From Candidatus Methanoperedenaceae archaeon (GTDB taxonomy: Archaea > Halobacteriota > Methanosarcinia > Methanosarcinales > Methanoperedenaceae), in contig CAVWCX010000001.1 in NCBI GenBank assembly GCA_963753595.1, positions 1-64,000 on the forward strand: a stretch of 64,000 nucleotides of DNA, given 5' to 3'. A program made the translations under genes and the position numbers. A model generated the notes under the pieces. That model had not been told where the DNA came from and searched no databases. It worked only from the letters and a program-made list of their open reading frames with translations. Positions 19,877 through 31,156 of this stretch are shown in pieces; position 1 is the stretch's first letter, and each line of letters starts with the position of its first letter.

Positions 19877-20206
19877 ATGAAGGAGCTTGCAGCGCATGAT
19901 GAGAACCTGAATATTTATGAAAAGAGTTTAAACCAGGTAAAAAAAATAGTTCTCGATATCTTTAGGGGAGAGGATATACAGATCATACTTTTCGGCTCAA
20001 GAGCAAGAGGAGATTTCAATAGATTTTCTGATATTGACATAGGCATATTGCCAAAGAATGAATATAATAAGAAGAAATTAACTATTTTGAAAGAAAAACT
20101 TGAAGAAATGAATATCCCTTATAAAGTTGAAGTAGTGGATATTTCTAAAGTTTCGCAGATTTTCAGGGAAAAAGCATTGAAAGAAGGGAAGGTATGGAAA
20201 AGCTGA
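19877..20206 (+). CDS. Minimal nucleotidyltransferase (MNT) antitoxin
   Basis: LFGSRARGD...SDIDI. Confidence 0.9.
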   Translation: MKELAAHDENLNIYEKSLNQVKKIVLDIFRGEDIQIILFGSRARGDFNRFSDIDIGILPKNEYNKKKLTILKEKLEEMNIPYKVEVVDISKVSQIFREKALKEGKVWKS

Positions 20207-20589
20207 GATTAGTTGCAGACGATGCGGGAAAAGCACTAAGGACATTAAAAGAGATAACAGATGAGGAATACTCTGTAATAGTCCGGGATGCTGCGATACA
20301 GAGGTTTGAGTACAGTTTTGAGATATTCTGGAAATTATTAAAGGAATATCTGAAAGTGAAAGAAGGGATAATATGCAATTCCCCAAAATCATGCTTCAGG
20401 GAAGCTTTTAATGTGAAATTACTAACGGAAGAGGAGACAATAAAAGCGCTTGAAATGACTGATGACAGAAACCTTACTTCACATACCTATCATGAAAAAG
20501 TAGCAGAGGAAATTTATTCAAAAATCAAAGATTATTATAAATTTATGAATAAGGTTTATCAAGATATAATGGAGATGCTAATTGTTTAA
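20194..20589 (+). CDS. HEPN toxin (HI0074-like nucleotidyltransferase substrate-binding protein)
   Basis: RDAAIQRFEY, SPK, DRNLTSHTY; overlaps MNT. Confidence 0.9.
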   Translation: MEKLRLVADDAGKALRTLKEITDEEYSVIVRDAAIQRFEYSFEIFWKLLKEYLKVKEGIICNSPKSCFREAFNVKLLTEEETIKALEMTDDRNLTSHTYHEKVAEEIYSKIKDYYKFMNKVYQDIMEMLIV

Positions 20590-20622
20590 GATTTGGCATA
20601 GAAGATGGTATGGAAGTGCAAT

Positions 20623-20736
20623 ATGTCTGAAATAGACGTTGGTGAACAGGTTTTCAAGGGGCTTCAAGATGCTGAAAACGAGAAATTAATATCCACAGAA
20701 GAACTTCTCAAAAGAGTTGAACAATGGGAAAAATAA
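20623..20736 (+). CDS. 37-aa ORF resembling an antitoxin C-terminal fragment
   Basis: Manual translation MSEIDVGEQVFKGLQDAENEKLISTEELLKRVEQWEK. Confidence 0.35.
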   Translation: MSEIDVGEQVFKGLQDAENEKLISTEELLKRVEQWEK

Positions 20737-20748
20737 AAAAAGCATAAT

Positions 20749-21191
20749 ATGAACCTACCAGACCTCATCAAAACCGGAGAATCAACAACTGTCGAATTGA
20801 AGGAAAAATTCGATGAGCGGTGCATTGAATCCTTAGTAGCTTTTGCCAACACAAAAGTCGGTGTCATTTTTATAGGTGTATCTGATAAAAACAGGGATTT
20901 CAGGTAGTATTTAGAAAGGATATTTATAATGAAGATTATTTGCGCAACCTGCATTTGAATGAAAGGCAGATTAAAGCGGTGATGTATGTCAAAAAGAATG
21001 GAAATATTACAAATAAGGAATATCAGGAAGTCTGCAATACATCTGAAAGAACCTCTTCACGGGATCTGGCAGAACTGGTATCATCAGGATTATTTGAACA
21101 GATCGGTATTACCGGGAAAGGTACCGCGTACAGTCTAAGACGCCACAATGACGCCATAAAGACGCCAAAGATGCCATCTGATATAAATTAG
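20749..21191 (+). pseudogene. Internally deleted AlbA_2/Schlafen-ATPase-wHTH gene
   Basis: N-terminal GESTTVELK..SLVAFANT..G.IFIGVSD joined out of frame to C-terminal LNERQIKA..ITNKEYQ..RDLAELV. Confidence 0.8.
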
Positions 21192-21226
21192 AATCGATGA
21201 GAAACTTAGAGACATAAGAAAAAAAC

Positions 21227-21718
21227 TTACTCCCTTAATTGCACCCAGAGATCAAATACCCATTCGTCCGGCGCCTTCCCTTCATACCAATTTATTTGCT
21301 CCTCGAATCCGTTATACCACCCATGCTCTCCTTTCTGCATTCCAATGGCCTCATATTTGTTCTCCCTTATCCAGTTCCACAGATGTTCCCAGGCATTTCT
21401 AATGTTTTCCAGATTCTTGAATCGAAGAACCGCATATAGCCCGCCTGGTATCTGCCTCATATCAATATCTCCATCAGGTTCAATTTTCCGGCCGATCGTC
21501 AGGAAAAATTCATAGCCATGCGGCTCCGGGTTGTCAGTCGGATATGTGTTCCTGCCAAATACACGAGCCCCCTTTTCAAGCAATCCTTTTGGCCTGGCCC
21601 ACGCTTCCATCTTCTTCCAGGCATCCTCTTCGGGGGTCTCACTCAGGATATGAATATGAGCTGCGCGCATCGTCTCAAGTCTATCTATCCTGACTTTCAG
21701 GTCTTTTGCCATTACCAT
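21227..21718 (-). CDS. GyrI-like small-molecule-binding protein
   Basis: PEEDAW, IPGGLYAV, AW..LWNWI, DLWVQL. Confidence 0.82.
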   Translation of the reverse strand: MVMAKDLKVRIDRLETMRAAHIHILSETPEEDAWKKMEAWARPKGLLEKGARVFGRNTYPTDNPEPHGYEFFLTIGRKIEPDGDIDMRQIPGGLYAVLRFKNLENIRNAWEHLWNWIRENKYEAIGMQKGEHGWYNGFEEQINWYEGKAPDEWVFDLWVQLRE

Positions 21719-21731
21719 ATATTTTCCTCCT

Positions 21732-22964
21732 CTATTGATATTGATTATCTGTGCTCACTCCATGATACGGATCTGTCTCGCCAATCGAGAGATACATTGC
21801 AGTGCGAAGAGCCAGGTCTCGTGGATCCGTCAAGTATCTGTTCATTCGATTGGGGACATAACCGTAACCTATCCTTGCCTCCGGGTCGGCAAACCCAAAT
21901 GACCCTCCCGACCCCGGCATTCCAAAGGAGCCCGGATGACCGAAGGGGTCTTTCGGACCGGGCTTCGCGAAACCAAGTGAGAAACAGATATCCACTTTCA
22001 TGACCTCGTCGTGAAATCCATGCGTCGGCGGAACAGGAGGTGCCATGAGCTGCCGGAGTGTTTCTTCCCGCAAACCAAGCTCTTTTCCACCCGTCGCAAA
22101 GACGCTGTAAGCATGGGCAATGGCGCGAGCCGTTCCCACTCCCCCACCTGCCGGAACTTCGAAATTACGGGCATAGATGCGTTCTTTATCCAGAGGTAAG
22201 AGCGATCCTGACAGTGCACGTCTGAGGTTCGAGCGCGGGTTTATCGCCGCGAGGAATAATGGGATAGGCGGGCGAGCGCGCAACATTGCCAAAGAAAGGT
22301 TAGCTTGCTCAAGAGTTGCCAGTCTCGAATTGGGAATTTCTTCAGGCAGGCGAATATAGAAATCCAGTCCAAGCACAGCGGCAATCTCATCCTGAAAGTA
22401 CTGCCCCAAGCTTCGGTGTTTGGGATCGACTCTGCGCAAAAGCTCGCTTTCGTAGAATCCAAGGGTTAAGGCATGGTATGCCTGCCGCGTTCCAGGCTCC
22501 CACGCCGGTTTCTGTCGCGCCAGGACCACCGCCAGCCGGTCGAGATCTGCGATAATGCTCTTGTCCCCGGTCTCATCGAAGGCGAACAACCCGGCCTGGT
22601 GTGACAGCAGTTGCCGCACGGTGATCTTATCCTTACCTTGTTGGGCAAACTCCGGCCAGTACTTCGAGATACGTTCGTCGTAATCAAACAAGCCCCGCGA
22701 ATTGGCAAGCGCCATAGCCAGGCCGGACAATCCCTTTGTTGTGGAGAACACGATCACCATCGTATCTTCTTCCCAGGGTTCGCAAGTTTGCTTGTTCCTG
22801 ACGCCGCCCCACAGGTCAACGACTTTTTCACCACGGTAGTAGATGCAACAGGCGGCGCCCAGCTCGTTGCGGCGGGTGAAGTTCTCGACGAACGCTTCCC
22901 TCACGGCCTCAAACCCTGGCTTCACATGACCCGATATTGTAACGTTTGTTTGTTTCAGTTTCAT
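21732..22964 (-). CDS. Serine hydrolase, beta-lactamase/EstA family
   Basis: STTK (SxxK), LLSHQAGL, YHALTLG, GSGGS.GFADP; markedly GC-richer than neighbours. Confidence 0.92.
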   Translation of the reverse strand: MKLKQTNVTISGHVKPGFEAVREAFVENFTRRNELGAACCIYYRGEKVVDLWGGVRNKQTCEPWEEDTMVIVFSTTKGLSGLAMALANSRGLFDYDERISKYWPEFAQQGKDKITVRQLLSHQAGLFAFDETGDKSIIADLDRLAVVLARQKPAWEPGTRQAYHALTLGFYESELLRRVDPKHRSLGQYFQDEIAAVLGLDFYIRLPEEIPNSRLATLEQANLSLAMLRARPPIPLFLAAINPRSNLRRALSGSLLPLDKERIYARNFEVPAGGGVGTARAIAHAYSVFATGGKELGLREETLRQLMAPPVPPTHGFHDEVMKVDICFSLGFAKPGPKDPFGHPGSFGMPGSGGSFGFADPEARIGYGYVPNRMNRYLTDPRDLALRTAMYLSIGETDPYHGVSTDNQYQ

Positions 22965-23265
22965 GCCCCCAGTTATTGCTGACACATAAGTTCCCCAAAT
23001 ATAGTTTATTAAATCAAATATTAAAATGCATCGTAGAACACTTTAAGTTCTTCCAGTTTAAGCGCAGGGCATGAGTTTTCCCATCGTTCATTGATATTTT
23101 GGCATTTACAGACTCAGGCCAGGTTGGCAATTTTAAACATAAATATTTTAGCAAGTTTATATGTAAAGAATATTGGATTTTGAAGATATTTTTCAAGTAT
23201 TACAGACATAAAGGATAATTTTATATACTAAATGTAAAATATACTATACATAAAGGTGATACAAT

Positions 23266-23656
23266 ATGACAGAAAGTAACTATGAAAAAACGCATAATAT
23301 CTCTCGTTTGGCGATCATACTTGCTGTTGTGGGCGGTGTTCTTATAGGAGTTATGAAGAACAATCCCATTATCGCTTTGATAAGAGTGGTTGTCGGAAAT
23401 CCTGTTAATTGGCATCCAGAGAAAATATAAAGTGACATTGACAGATGAAAGAATTCAACAAATAAGTCTAAAAGCAGGTGATAGAACCTTTAGATTGTTT
23501 ACTGTTGGGTTTGCACTATTATTTTTTGCCAACTACTACCATCCTTTTATTAAACCGTTGACATCCGAAGATGCAGGCAGCATGTTTGCATACATCTCCG
23601 CTATTATGATGACATTCAATCTGGTCTTCTATGCATATTACAAGAGCAGAATGTAG
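23266..23656 (+). pseudogene. DUF2178-like membrane protein, frameshifted
   Basis: MTESNYEK...VVG frame switches +1 at GGAAATCC (~23395-23402) to ILLIG...TDER. Confidence 0.7.
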
Positions 23657-23666
23657 GGAATAGCAA

Positions 23667-23864
23667 ATGAAAAATACGCTTAAAGTACAAAGGGCAATTC
23701 ATGATATGACTCAGGATGACCTTGCAAAAAAAGTTGGTGTTACGAGACAGACCATAAATGCCATTGAACTGCAAAAATATGACCCCTCATTAAGTCTTGC
23801 CTTCAAACTGGCAAAATTGTTCAATGTGAAAATTGAAGAGTTATTCAAAAACGAAGAAGAATAG
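23667..23864 (+). CDS. XRE-family HTH regulator
   Basis: MTQDDLA..VGVTRQTINAIE..KYDPSL.LAFK. Confidence 0.93.
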   Translation: MKNTLKVQRAIHDMTQDDLAKKVGVTRQTINAIELQKYDPSLSLAFKLAKLFNVKIEELFKNEEE

Positions 23865-23973
23865 CTTTCACGTACAAGCGAAAGCTTATATCCAGATAAC
23901 ATCTATCATTAACATTAATGATTGACTTGGGAGCAATAGAATCAATCATTCAATAAGACAAGGAGAGAAAAAT

Positions 23974-24483
23974 ATGCCAAAAGTAGTTGTTATATATCTG
24001 AGTACATCAGGAAATACAAAAGCGATGGCAGATGCCATCGTTGAAGGTGCAAGTTCAAGAAATGTTGATGCTCGCGCTTTGAATTTCCATGAAGCAAAGA
24101 TGGAGGACATAAAAGCTGCAGATGCGATCGCGATCGGCTCTTCTACATTCTATTACAAAATGCTTCCTCCCATGGAGAAATTCCTTCAAAACCTTGAAAA
24201 AGCAAACGTAAAAGACAAAGTCGGCGCCGCGTTTGGATCTTATGGCTGGAGCGGGGAGGCGCCTGTATTGATCGCTGAAAAAATGCGTGAGCTTGGCATG
24301 AAAGTATTAGATCCGGTATTACGCGTTCAATATCAACCTGCCGAAAAAGATCTTGACGAATGTAAAAGGCTTGGAAAAGACATAGCAGTAAAAGTGAAAA
24401 AGGTTCCTGAAAAATCCACACGCGGGTCAAAGCTTGAAGATGCAGGCGTGCGGGAAGTCAAAATGGGAGAAGGTGGTCACTGA
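23974..24483 (+). CDS. Flavodoxin
   Basis: STSGNTKAMA, AFGSYGWSGEA. Confidence 0.92.
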   Translation: MPKVVVIYLSTSGNTKAMADAIVEGASSRNVDARALNFHEAKMEDIKAADAIAIGSSTFYYKMLPPMEKFLQNLEKANVKDKVGAAFGSYGWSGEAPVLIAEKMRELGMKVLDPVLRVQYQPAEKDLDECKRLGKDIAVKVKKVPEKSTRGSKLEDAGVREVKMGEGGH

Positions 24484-24666
24484 TATATGGCTTTAGCCTG
24501 GAATATGCAGATCACTCACACGGCAATGTGAGTTTTTTTCTCTTTTTTTCCTGCCATGTTATCTCCTTTCCAATGATTATTTTAACTACATCAGAGAGCC
24601 AGATATCTTTATCGCACCATAACGAAATAAAAAACAATTTGTAATCAACTAACGGAAATATTCTAA

Positions 24667-25500
24667 ATGCCAGTATTAAGCATAATTGCATGCGGTATGC
24701 TTGAAGATGAACTCGCGTATGTTCTCTCAGGCGATAGGGAGCTTGCCCAGTTGATACTGGTAGAGAACGGTGAACATTTCGGGCTGCAAAGAAAGCTAAA
24801 ATCCCTGGGATGCCTTCCCACACTTATTCCCCTGGACAGGGTTCCGGAAATCCTGATACGCGAACACGAACAATCCCTTCCGGCAATCCTGAAACCCTTC
24901 TTCAGCTTTCATTTTATCAAAAAATTCTGCCCAAAACTAAACCAGCACAAACCAAAAGTAACAGTTGTCGCCAATATGATGAGACGGGGATTACATGCCG
25001 ATGTTGAAAAGGTAAGAGTGGAAGTTTACAGGAAGATCATGGAAATGTCCCGGTTTTCAGACAGGATCCTTATTTTCTACGGCACATGCGGGCATTCGCT
25101 TTCGAACCTGGAAAAAGATTTTGAAAGCCTTGGCTGCCAGCTTTACTTCCTGAAAGATGAAAAAGGCGAGACTGTTGAGGACTGCATCAGCGCAGCGCTT
25201 GGTGGGAACGATGTCTATTCCAGAACCCTGCGCGAGAGTGGAGGATCTTTTTACCTTACCCCGATGTGGGCTTCAAACTGGGATGAGAAGAATAACGCGA
25301 TTCTTTCATCTGAGTTTGATAAAAAGTTCCTGAAGCTGTACGGAAGCGCTGCTAAGATCAATACAGGGCTTTCGTATGAACCCGACTTCGATAAAAATTC
25401 CAGGGAATTTGCACGGTTTTTCAATTTGAAGATCACTGAACTGGAGGGCAGTAAAAAGATAGCCCAGCAAAGTTATCAGAACGCCAGAAAGTTTCTTTGA
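24667..25500 (+). CDS. DUF1638 domain protein
   Basis: IACGMLEDE, GLHAD, FYGTCG, DCISAALGG, YLTPMW. Confidence 0.85.
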   Translation: MPVLSIIACGMLEDELAYVLSGDRELAQLILVENGEHFGLQRKLKSLGCLPTLIPLDRVPEILIREHEQSLPAILKPFFSFHFIKKFCPKLNQHKPKVTVVANMMRRGLHADVEKVRVEVYRKIMEMSRFSDRILIFYGTCGHSLSNLEKDFESLGCQLYFLKDEKGETVEDCISAALGGNDVYSRTLRESGGSFYLTPMWASNWDEKNNAILSSEFDKKFLKLYGSAAKINTGLSYEPDFDKNSREFARFFNLKITELEGSKKIAQQSYQNARKFL

Positions 25501-25525
25501 TGAGAGGTCTTGCTATTTGCAAATA

Positions 25526-26167
25526 TTATTTTATTTCTTTTTGATATTCAATGTACGAAAATACAACAGAATAAATAGCTGCTAATAACATTGGAACAAG
25601 GATAAGAAATATTGCATAGCCCTGGAACAATATTCCGGCAATTGCAATTATCCCTGCGATCTTAAAGAGCTTCCCACCTATTTTATGAGTTTTATCCCAA
25701 ACTTTTTCACTGCTTAAAGTCCAGGGAGTTCTGATCCCAATGAAATAGTTCATTTTGGCATTTTCTATTAAAACTCCGGAATAATAAAATAAAATTCCAA
25801 TAGCTGGTGATAACAGGGTAATCATATTGAATCTGAAACCCATATTCCAGAATATTGTCAGAAGATAAATATAAAACAAAAATACAATTATAAGTAGAAT
25901 GAAATTATCATAATATTTTCTAAAAATCTCTATGTTTGACTTATAGGGATCTATCCTGGGTATGATCACAAAAAGCAAAAACAATCCCGTTGAAATTATC
26001 GGCATCAAAAATATTCCCCAGAACTTTGGCATATAACCATTAACTTCTCCTTTTGCGTTCCAGTGAGATGCGATTTTTTCTGGCATTTCTGGAAAAACAT
26101 AGATACCGATTGCAAACGAGATTAAAACAATTCCAATGATGATAATTTCACTTTTTCTCATATTCAT
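25526..26167 (-). CDS. SdpI/DUF1648 membrane protein
   Basis: ASHWN..GEVNGY, NYFIGIRTPWTL.SE.VW.KTH. Confidence 0.9.
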   Translation of the reverse strand: MNMRKSEIIIIGIVLISFAIGIYVFPEMPEKIASHWNAKGEVNGYMPKFWGIFLMPIISTGLFLLFVIIPRIDPYKSNIEIFRKYYDNFILLIIVFLFYIYLLTIFWNMGFRFNMITLLSPAIGILFYYSGVLIENAKMNYFIGIRTPWTLSSEKVWDKTHKIGGKLFKIAGIIAIAGILFQGYAIFLILVPMLLAAIYSVVFSYIEYQKEIK

Positions 26168-26178
26168 ATGTAAATTAT

Positions 26179-26730
26179 TTAAAAATCAAGTGGCTTAACC
26201 AGATATTCCCTCAGTTTAATATCAAAAAATTTATTTGAAGAACTCGCTTTAATGACGGCAGCAGTATCCGCTCCCCTGCCTGTTCCGGCTATTGCGATAA
26301 CATCTGAGAATGGTATCAGTCCAGCGTCAGCACTCATCGCCACTATTTCAACAACTACTTTTGTTCCCTGGCCAAAAATTCTCAGGGTATCAGCCACAGT
26401 CTGCTCATAAGACAGAGAGCCTTTCTCTTTAAGTGCTGTTCCAAGACTCCTCAAAACCATTGTTCCTGTATGAACCTTTCCACCCATGTTCTCGATTTTC
26501 TTTTTTATTTCAGGATCAAATGTTTGAAGATTTGGCTCTCTAATACCTGTATTATGCGTAACAACTACCAGGTTTATTCCTGTGTCTTTGAACATCAGGG
26601 CAGCCGCAAGTCCTGTATCTCCAAAGGTTGATGCAACAACGATATGACTTATCCCACGCTTTAATGCCTCTTCTTTGGCAATTTCCAGGGTTCTTTGAGT
26701 ATTCTCTTTACCTGCTTTTTCAAAATACAT
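26179..26730 (-). CDS. Pyruvate-kinase C-terminal alpha/beta domain protein
   Basis: YFEKAG.ENT, VVAST.GDT, FGQG.KV.VEI..M.ADAG, GTGRGADTA. Confidence 0.85.
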   Translation of the reverse strand: MYFEKAGKENTQRTLEIAKEEALKRGISHIVVASTFGDTGLAAALMFKDTGINLVVVTHNTGIREPNLQTFDPEIKKKIENMGGKVHTGTMVLRSLGTALKEKGSLSYEQTVADTLRIFGQGTKVVVEIVAMSADAGLIPFSDVIAIAGTGRGADTAAVIKASSSNKFFDIKLREYLVKPLDF

Positions 26731-26925
26731 TTTGTCACCTTATCTCATGGAACGTATCAGGTCATTGTAGGGTTGTTCTTCATATCAAATCTTTCTGTTT
26801 ACTCTGTAACTTTCATCCCACTGCCCTGATAACGTTATTCAATTTGAGCATCTGGTAGATTCAAAATCTGCGGTTATAAAATTAAATTAGAATAATATAT
26901 TAAAAAAAGACAGTGAAAAAAAAAA

Positions 26926-27237
26926 TTAACTGGTGAGAACTATCTCAATACTGATATCTTTAGGAACCTGAATGCGCATTAACTGGCGCAGTGCCCTTTC
27001 GTCAGCATCAAGGTCAATGAGTCTCTTATGAACTCTCATCTCCCAGTGATCCCATGTTGAACTTCCTTCGCCATCCGGGCTTTTCCTGCATGGCACTACT
27101 AATTTCTTAGTAGGGAGGGGAACCGGACCGCAAATGCTTACTCCTGTCTTGACCGCAATATCTTTCACCTGTGAACATATTCCATCAAGAGTAATGGGGC
27201 TTGTCCCCGATAAACGTATTCTTGCTTTCTGTACCAT
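26926..27237 (-). CDS. rpsJ: 30S ribosomal protein S10
   Basis: [27 protein letters not shown]. Confidence 0.98.
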   Translation of the reverse strand: MVQKARIRLSGTSPITLDGICSQVKDIAVKTGVSICGPVPLPTKKLVVPCRKSPDGEGSSTWDHWEMRVHKRLIDLDADERALRQLMRIQVPKDISIEIVLTS

Positions 27238-27270
27238 AAATAACACCGTTTTATTGAAAAAGTGAGAATA

Positions 27271-28539
27271 TTATATTCTCGCTTTAATGTCCTGTACCAT
27301 TCCTGCGGCAATTGTCATTCCCATATCTCGGATCGCGAAGCGGCCAAGCTGCGGGATATCTTTTACCTTTTCGATACATAGAGGCTTTGCTGGTTTGATC
27401 GTCACGATAGCTGCATCCCCGGCTTTTATGAAATCGGGATTTTCAGCTGCGGTCTGACCGGTCTTTGGATCAAGTTTCTTTAATATGGCTGTGATCGTTC
27501 CTGCAACCTGTGCGGTATGGCAGTGAAGAACTGGTGTGTAACCAATTGTGATTGCTGACGGGTGCTGCAACACAACAATCTGTGCTGTGAATTCTTCAGC
27601 AACAGTTGGAGGTTTGGCAACAGGTCCGCAGACATCTCCACGTCTGATATCTTTCTTCTCAACACCCCTTACGTTCCATCCAATGTTATCGCCAGGAACT
27701 GCTTCTTTTATTTCCTGGTGATGCATTTCAATGGATTTGACTTCACCGACTGCTTTGGCCGGCATGAATATTATTTTATCACCGGGTTTCATCACTCCGG
27801 TCTCAACTCTACCTACTGGGACTGTTCCGATACCGGAAATTGTGTAAGCATCCTGAACAGGAATGCGAAGTGGTAATGTTGTGGGCTTATCTGGCATTTT
27901 CAACTGATCAAGAGCGGTAAGCAAAGTCGGTCCTGTGTACCATTTTGTATTCTCACTTGCCTTTGCAAGGTTATCGCCTTTGAAAGCTGATGTTGGGATG
28001 AAGTTCATTTCATCCGGCTTATATCCGACCATTTTGAGAAGTGTGCTGACATCGGCTTTTACTTGATCATATCGAGCCTTATCATAGTTGACTTCATCCA
28101 TTTTGTTGATGGCTATGATCAACTGGGTAATACCCAGAGTTCTTGAAAGGAATACATGTTCTTTTGTCTGTGACTGGACGCCTTCTTTGCCTGCTACTAC
28201 AAGAATTGCAGCATCAGCCTGTGAAGCGCCTGTGATCATGTTCTTTACGAAATCCCTGTGGCCAGGGCAGTCCACGACCGTGAAATAATATTTTGCAGTA
28301 TCAAATCGCTGGTGAGCAACGTCTATTGTGATACCCCTGTCTCTCTCTTCCTTAAGAGAGTCCATGACCCATGCGAAAACGAAGGATTCTTTACCTTTCG
28401 CTTTTGCTTCTTCTCTGTATTTTTCTATGATGTGTGGCGGTACTGCGCCAGTATCATACATTAATCGCCCTGTAAGGGTTGATTTTCCGTGGTCTATATG
28501 CCCTATAATTGCTAAATTTAAATGTGGTTTCTCTGCCAT
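27271..28539 (-). CDS. tuf: Translation elongation factor aEF-1 alpha
   Basis: [36 protein letters not shown]. Confidence 0.99.
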   Translation of the reverse strand: MAEKPHLNLAIIGHIDHGKSTLTGRLMYDTGAVPPHIIEKYREEAKAKGKESFVFAWVMDSLKEERDRGITIDVAHQRFDTAKYYFTVVDCPGHRDFVKNMITGASQADAAILVVAGKEGVQSQTKEHVFLSRTLGITQLIIAINKMDEVNYDKARYDQVKADVSTLLKMVGYKPDEMNFIPTSAFKGDNLAKASENTKWYTGPTLLTALDQLKMPDKPTTLPLRIPVQDAYTISGIGTVPVGRVETGVMKPGDKIIFMPAKAVGEVKSIEMHHQEIKEAVPGDNIGWNVRGVEKKDIRRGDVCGPVAKPPTVAEEFTAQIVVLQHPSAITIGYTPVLHCHTAQVAGTITAILKKLDPKTGQTAAENPDFIKAGDAAIVTIKPAKPLCIEKVKDIPQLGRFAIRDMGMTIAAGMVQDIKARI

Positions 28540-28613
28540 AATTTTTCTCCTTTATATTTATTGAAGATGTTTTGTGTTCGTATTGTTGTTTTTGTTTTTA
28601 AACCTTCCGTTCC

Positions 28614-30803
28614 TCAGGGACTTATGAAATCACTTGGTTTAGGCAGTTCAAGTTTAAGTCCTTTCCTCTGCCTGATGGCCATTACGATCTCATTTAGCAT
28701 GTTCCCCGGAATCGGTTCAAATCCGACAAATTCCGTGCTCCACATGGCTCTGCCTTCAGTAGCCGAGCGGATATCACCGGAGAACCCGAATAACTGTGCA
28801 ACGGGTGCTTTTGACTCGATAATGGTCATGTCGCCTTCGGATTGCATATCAAGTATAGAGCCGCGCCGACCCTGCATCTCACGCATTGCGCCTCCCATCT
28901 GGTCATGCGGGACATGTATGAACACTTTCTGGAAAGGTTCAAGAAGAGTGGCACCGGCCATAAGCATTGCAGCTTGTATTGCCTGTCTTGATGCGGGAAT
29001 GACCTGCGCCGGTCCCCTGTGAACTGCATCTTCGTGAAGTTTCGCATCCATTAATTTTACCTTTACACCCATTACCGGTTCACGGGACAAAGGTCCGGCC
29101 TTCATGACCTCTTCAAATCCTTCAAGGATCAGTTCCATTGTTTCATGCAGGTACTGGATACCTTTGGTCATATCTATGTACATATTTGTTTCATAAATAT
29201 GAGCGATACTCTTGGCTTCATCCTTGCTCATTCCTGCTTTCATCAGTGTGTCCCTGCGTTCAACTTCTCCCTGCCTCATTGAAACTTCATTGTTCTTTAT
29301 AAGTTCAATTATAGCCGGGGACAAAGGTTCAACTTCAACGTAGAACCTGTTGTGACGGTTGGGAGATTTCCCTTCCACAGGACCGACATGGCCTGAGATC
29401 GTTTCCCTGTAAACTACAAGCGGTTTGGATGTAGTGATATCAACATGTTTGTCACGCTTGATCCTGCCTGCTACTACCTCAAGATGAAGTTCACCCATTC
29501 CTGCAAGCAGATGCTCTCCAGTTTCCTGGTTTATCATTACTTTAAGAGTTGGGTCTTCTTTTGCGACCTGTCTTAATACTTCAACAAGTTTTGGCAGGTC
29601 TTTCATGTGTTTAGCTTCAACGGCCACAGTCATAACAGGCTCGCTGACATGCCTTATGCTCTCAAATGGGGTCATGTTTTTATCGCTTGATGCTGTAGAA
29701 CCCACGATCGCATCAGTCAAACCGGTTACTGCTACGATATTTCCGGCAGGGATATTATCACATTCAATTCGCTCAGGACCCATAAATAAACCTACTGACT
29801 GTATCCTGTTAGCGTTAGGCATTCCTGAAATGAAAACTTCCTTGCCCCTTTCAAGAGTACCTGAGAAAAGCCTTCCGCTTGCTACTTCACCCGCATGCGG
29901 GTCGGTGGTAATGTCTGTTATCATTAAAGCTATCTTTCCGCCTCTGTCCACGTTAATCATGGACTTTCCGATCTCGCTTTCCTTGTCGCCGTGCCAGATG
30001 ACTTTAATTCGTTCCTGTTGTGCCTTGACAGGACTTGGAAGGAATTTGATGATCATATCATTCATCACTACATGAAGCGGGCATTTTTTAGCAAGTTCAT
30101 TCTGCTTTTCAGCCTGGCATAATTCGATAATTTCCTTAAATCCGATGCCAGTCTTTTTCATATAGGGAATGCTTATTGCCCAGTTATTTAAGGCTGATCC
30201 GAATGCAACTTTGCCAACTGCAGGGTCAAGCTTCAGTCTCTCATAATCGTCAGGTTTCAGGCCTTTAACGATCTTATTGACTTTATCAATAACAAGCCCC
30301 AGCCGCATTTGCATATCAGCAGGTGTAAGTTTTATCTCATTGATCAGCCGGTCAACCTTGTTTATGAAAAGAATTGGTGTTACATTTTCACGAAGCGCCT
30401 GACGCAGCACTGTTTCAGTCTGCGGCATAGGACCTTCGACAGCGTCAACCAGGACGACTGCCCCATCCACTGCCCTCATTGCTCGGGTTACGTCGCCGCC
30501 AAAGTCAACGTGGCCCGGTGTATCGATAAGGTTGATGAGATAGTCCTGCCCGTCAAAATTATGCACCATAGAAACAGTTGCAGAATCAATGGTAATGCCA
30601 CGTCTTTGTTCTTCTTCATCAAAGTCCATGAATAATTGTTCGCCAGCCAGTTCTGATGAAATCATGCCTGCGCCGGCAAGTAGATTATCTGAGAATGTTG
30701 TTTTTCCATGGTCAATATGTGCAACCGTACCGATGTTTCGGATAAACTCAGGTTTATCCATCAGTTCAGTTACATGTTCAACCATTTTCTTTCGTCTGCC
30801 CAT
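28614..30803 (-). CDS. fusA: Translation elongation factor aEF-2
   Basis: [25 protein letters not shown], diphthamide loop [11 protein letters not shown]. Confidence 0.99.
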   Translation of the reverse strand: MGRRKKMVEHVTELMDKPEFIRNIGTVAHIDHGKTTFSDNLLAGAGMISSELAGEQLFMDFDEEEQRRGITIDSATVSMVHNFDGQDYLINLIDTPGHVDFGGDVTRAMRAVDGAVVLVDAVEGPMPQTETVLRQALRENVTPILFINKVDRLINEIKLTPADMQMRLGLVIDKVNKIVKGLKPDDYERLKLDPAVGKVAFGSALNNWAISIPYMKKTGIGFKEIIELCQAEKQNELAKKCPLHVVMNDMIIKFLPSPVKAQQERIKVIWHGDKESEIGKSMINVDRGGKIALMITDITTDPHAGEVASGRLFSGTLERGKEVFISGMPNANRIQSVGLFMGPERIECDNIPAGNIVAVTGLTDAIVGSTASSDKNMTPFESIRHVSEPVMTVAVEAKHMKDLPKLVEVLRQVAKEDPTLKVMINQETGEHLLAGMGELHLEVVAGRIKRDKHVDITTSKPLVVYRETISGHVGPVEGKSPNRHNRFYVEVEPLSPAIIELIKNNEVSMRQGEVERRDTLMKAGMSKDEAKSIAHIYETNMYIDMTKGIQYLHETMELILEGFEEVMKAGPLSREPVMGVKVKLMDAKLHEDAVHRGPAQVIPASRQAIQAAMLMAGATLLEPFQKVFIHVPHDQMGGAMREMQGRRGSILDMQSEGDMTIIESKAPVAQLFGFSGDIRSATEGRAMWSTEFVGFEPIPGNMLNEIVMAIRQRKGLKLELPKPSDFISP

Positions 30804-30899
30804 TTGATTTACCTCATATATATTAGAAATTTTTATTGCTCTATTATTCTATCCTATATAAACACTTTGAAAATCAAGAAACCACTTATGGGAATATGA

Positions 30900-31156
30900 A
30901 AATGCGGATACGGTCGCATATTTTTCAAATATCCTCCAAAATATTCCCTGAGCTTTATAGCAAAGAGGTTAAAGGGCAGGACAAGCAGGATATTGAGGAA
31001 AGAATTTCCCCACCTCAAAGAGTTTTGTGATGAGCATCTCTGGGCGCCAAGCTGTTACCATGGATCTGTTGGGAATGGATGGGATGTTGTTGAGAAATAC
31101 ATCCAGACACAAGATAAACATCATGCAAAACAGACTGCTACAGGCCTCATACTTAA
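30900..31156 (+). pseudogene. tnpA: IS200/IS605 TnpA (Y1) C-terminal remnant
   Basis: YPPKYSLS..AKRLKGRTSRILRKEFP.L...LWAPSCYHGSVG...VEKYIQTQ; N-terminus absent. Confidence 0.85.

Noticed and set aside
23390-23402. Another programmed +1 frameshift in the DUF2178-like gene
   Set aside because: No AGAAGG/YTT-TGY cassette; a simple extra A explains it.
30781-30803. fusA start (MGRRKK) as target of the array sRNA loop
   Set aside because: Complementarity is limited to ATGGG, too short to claim.
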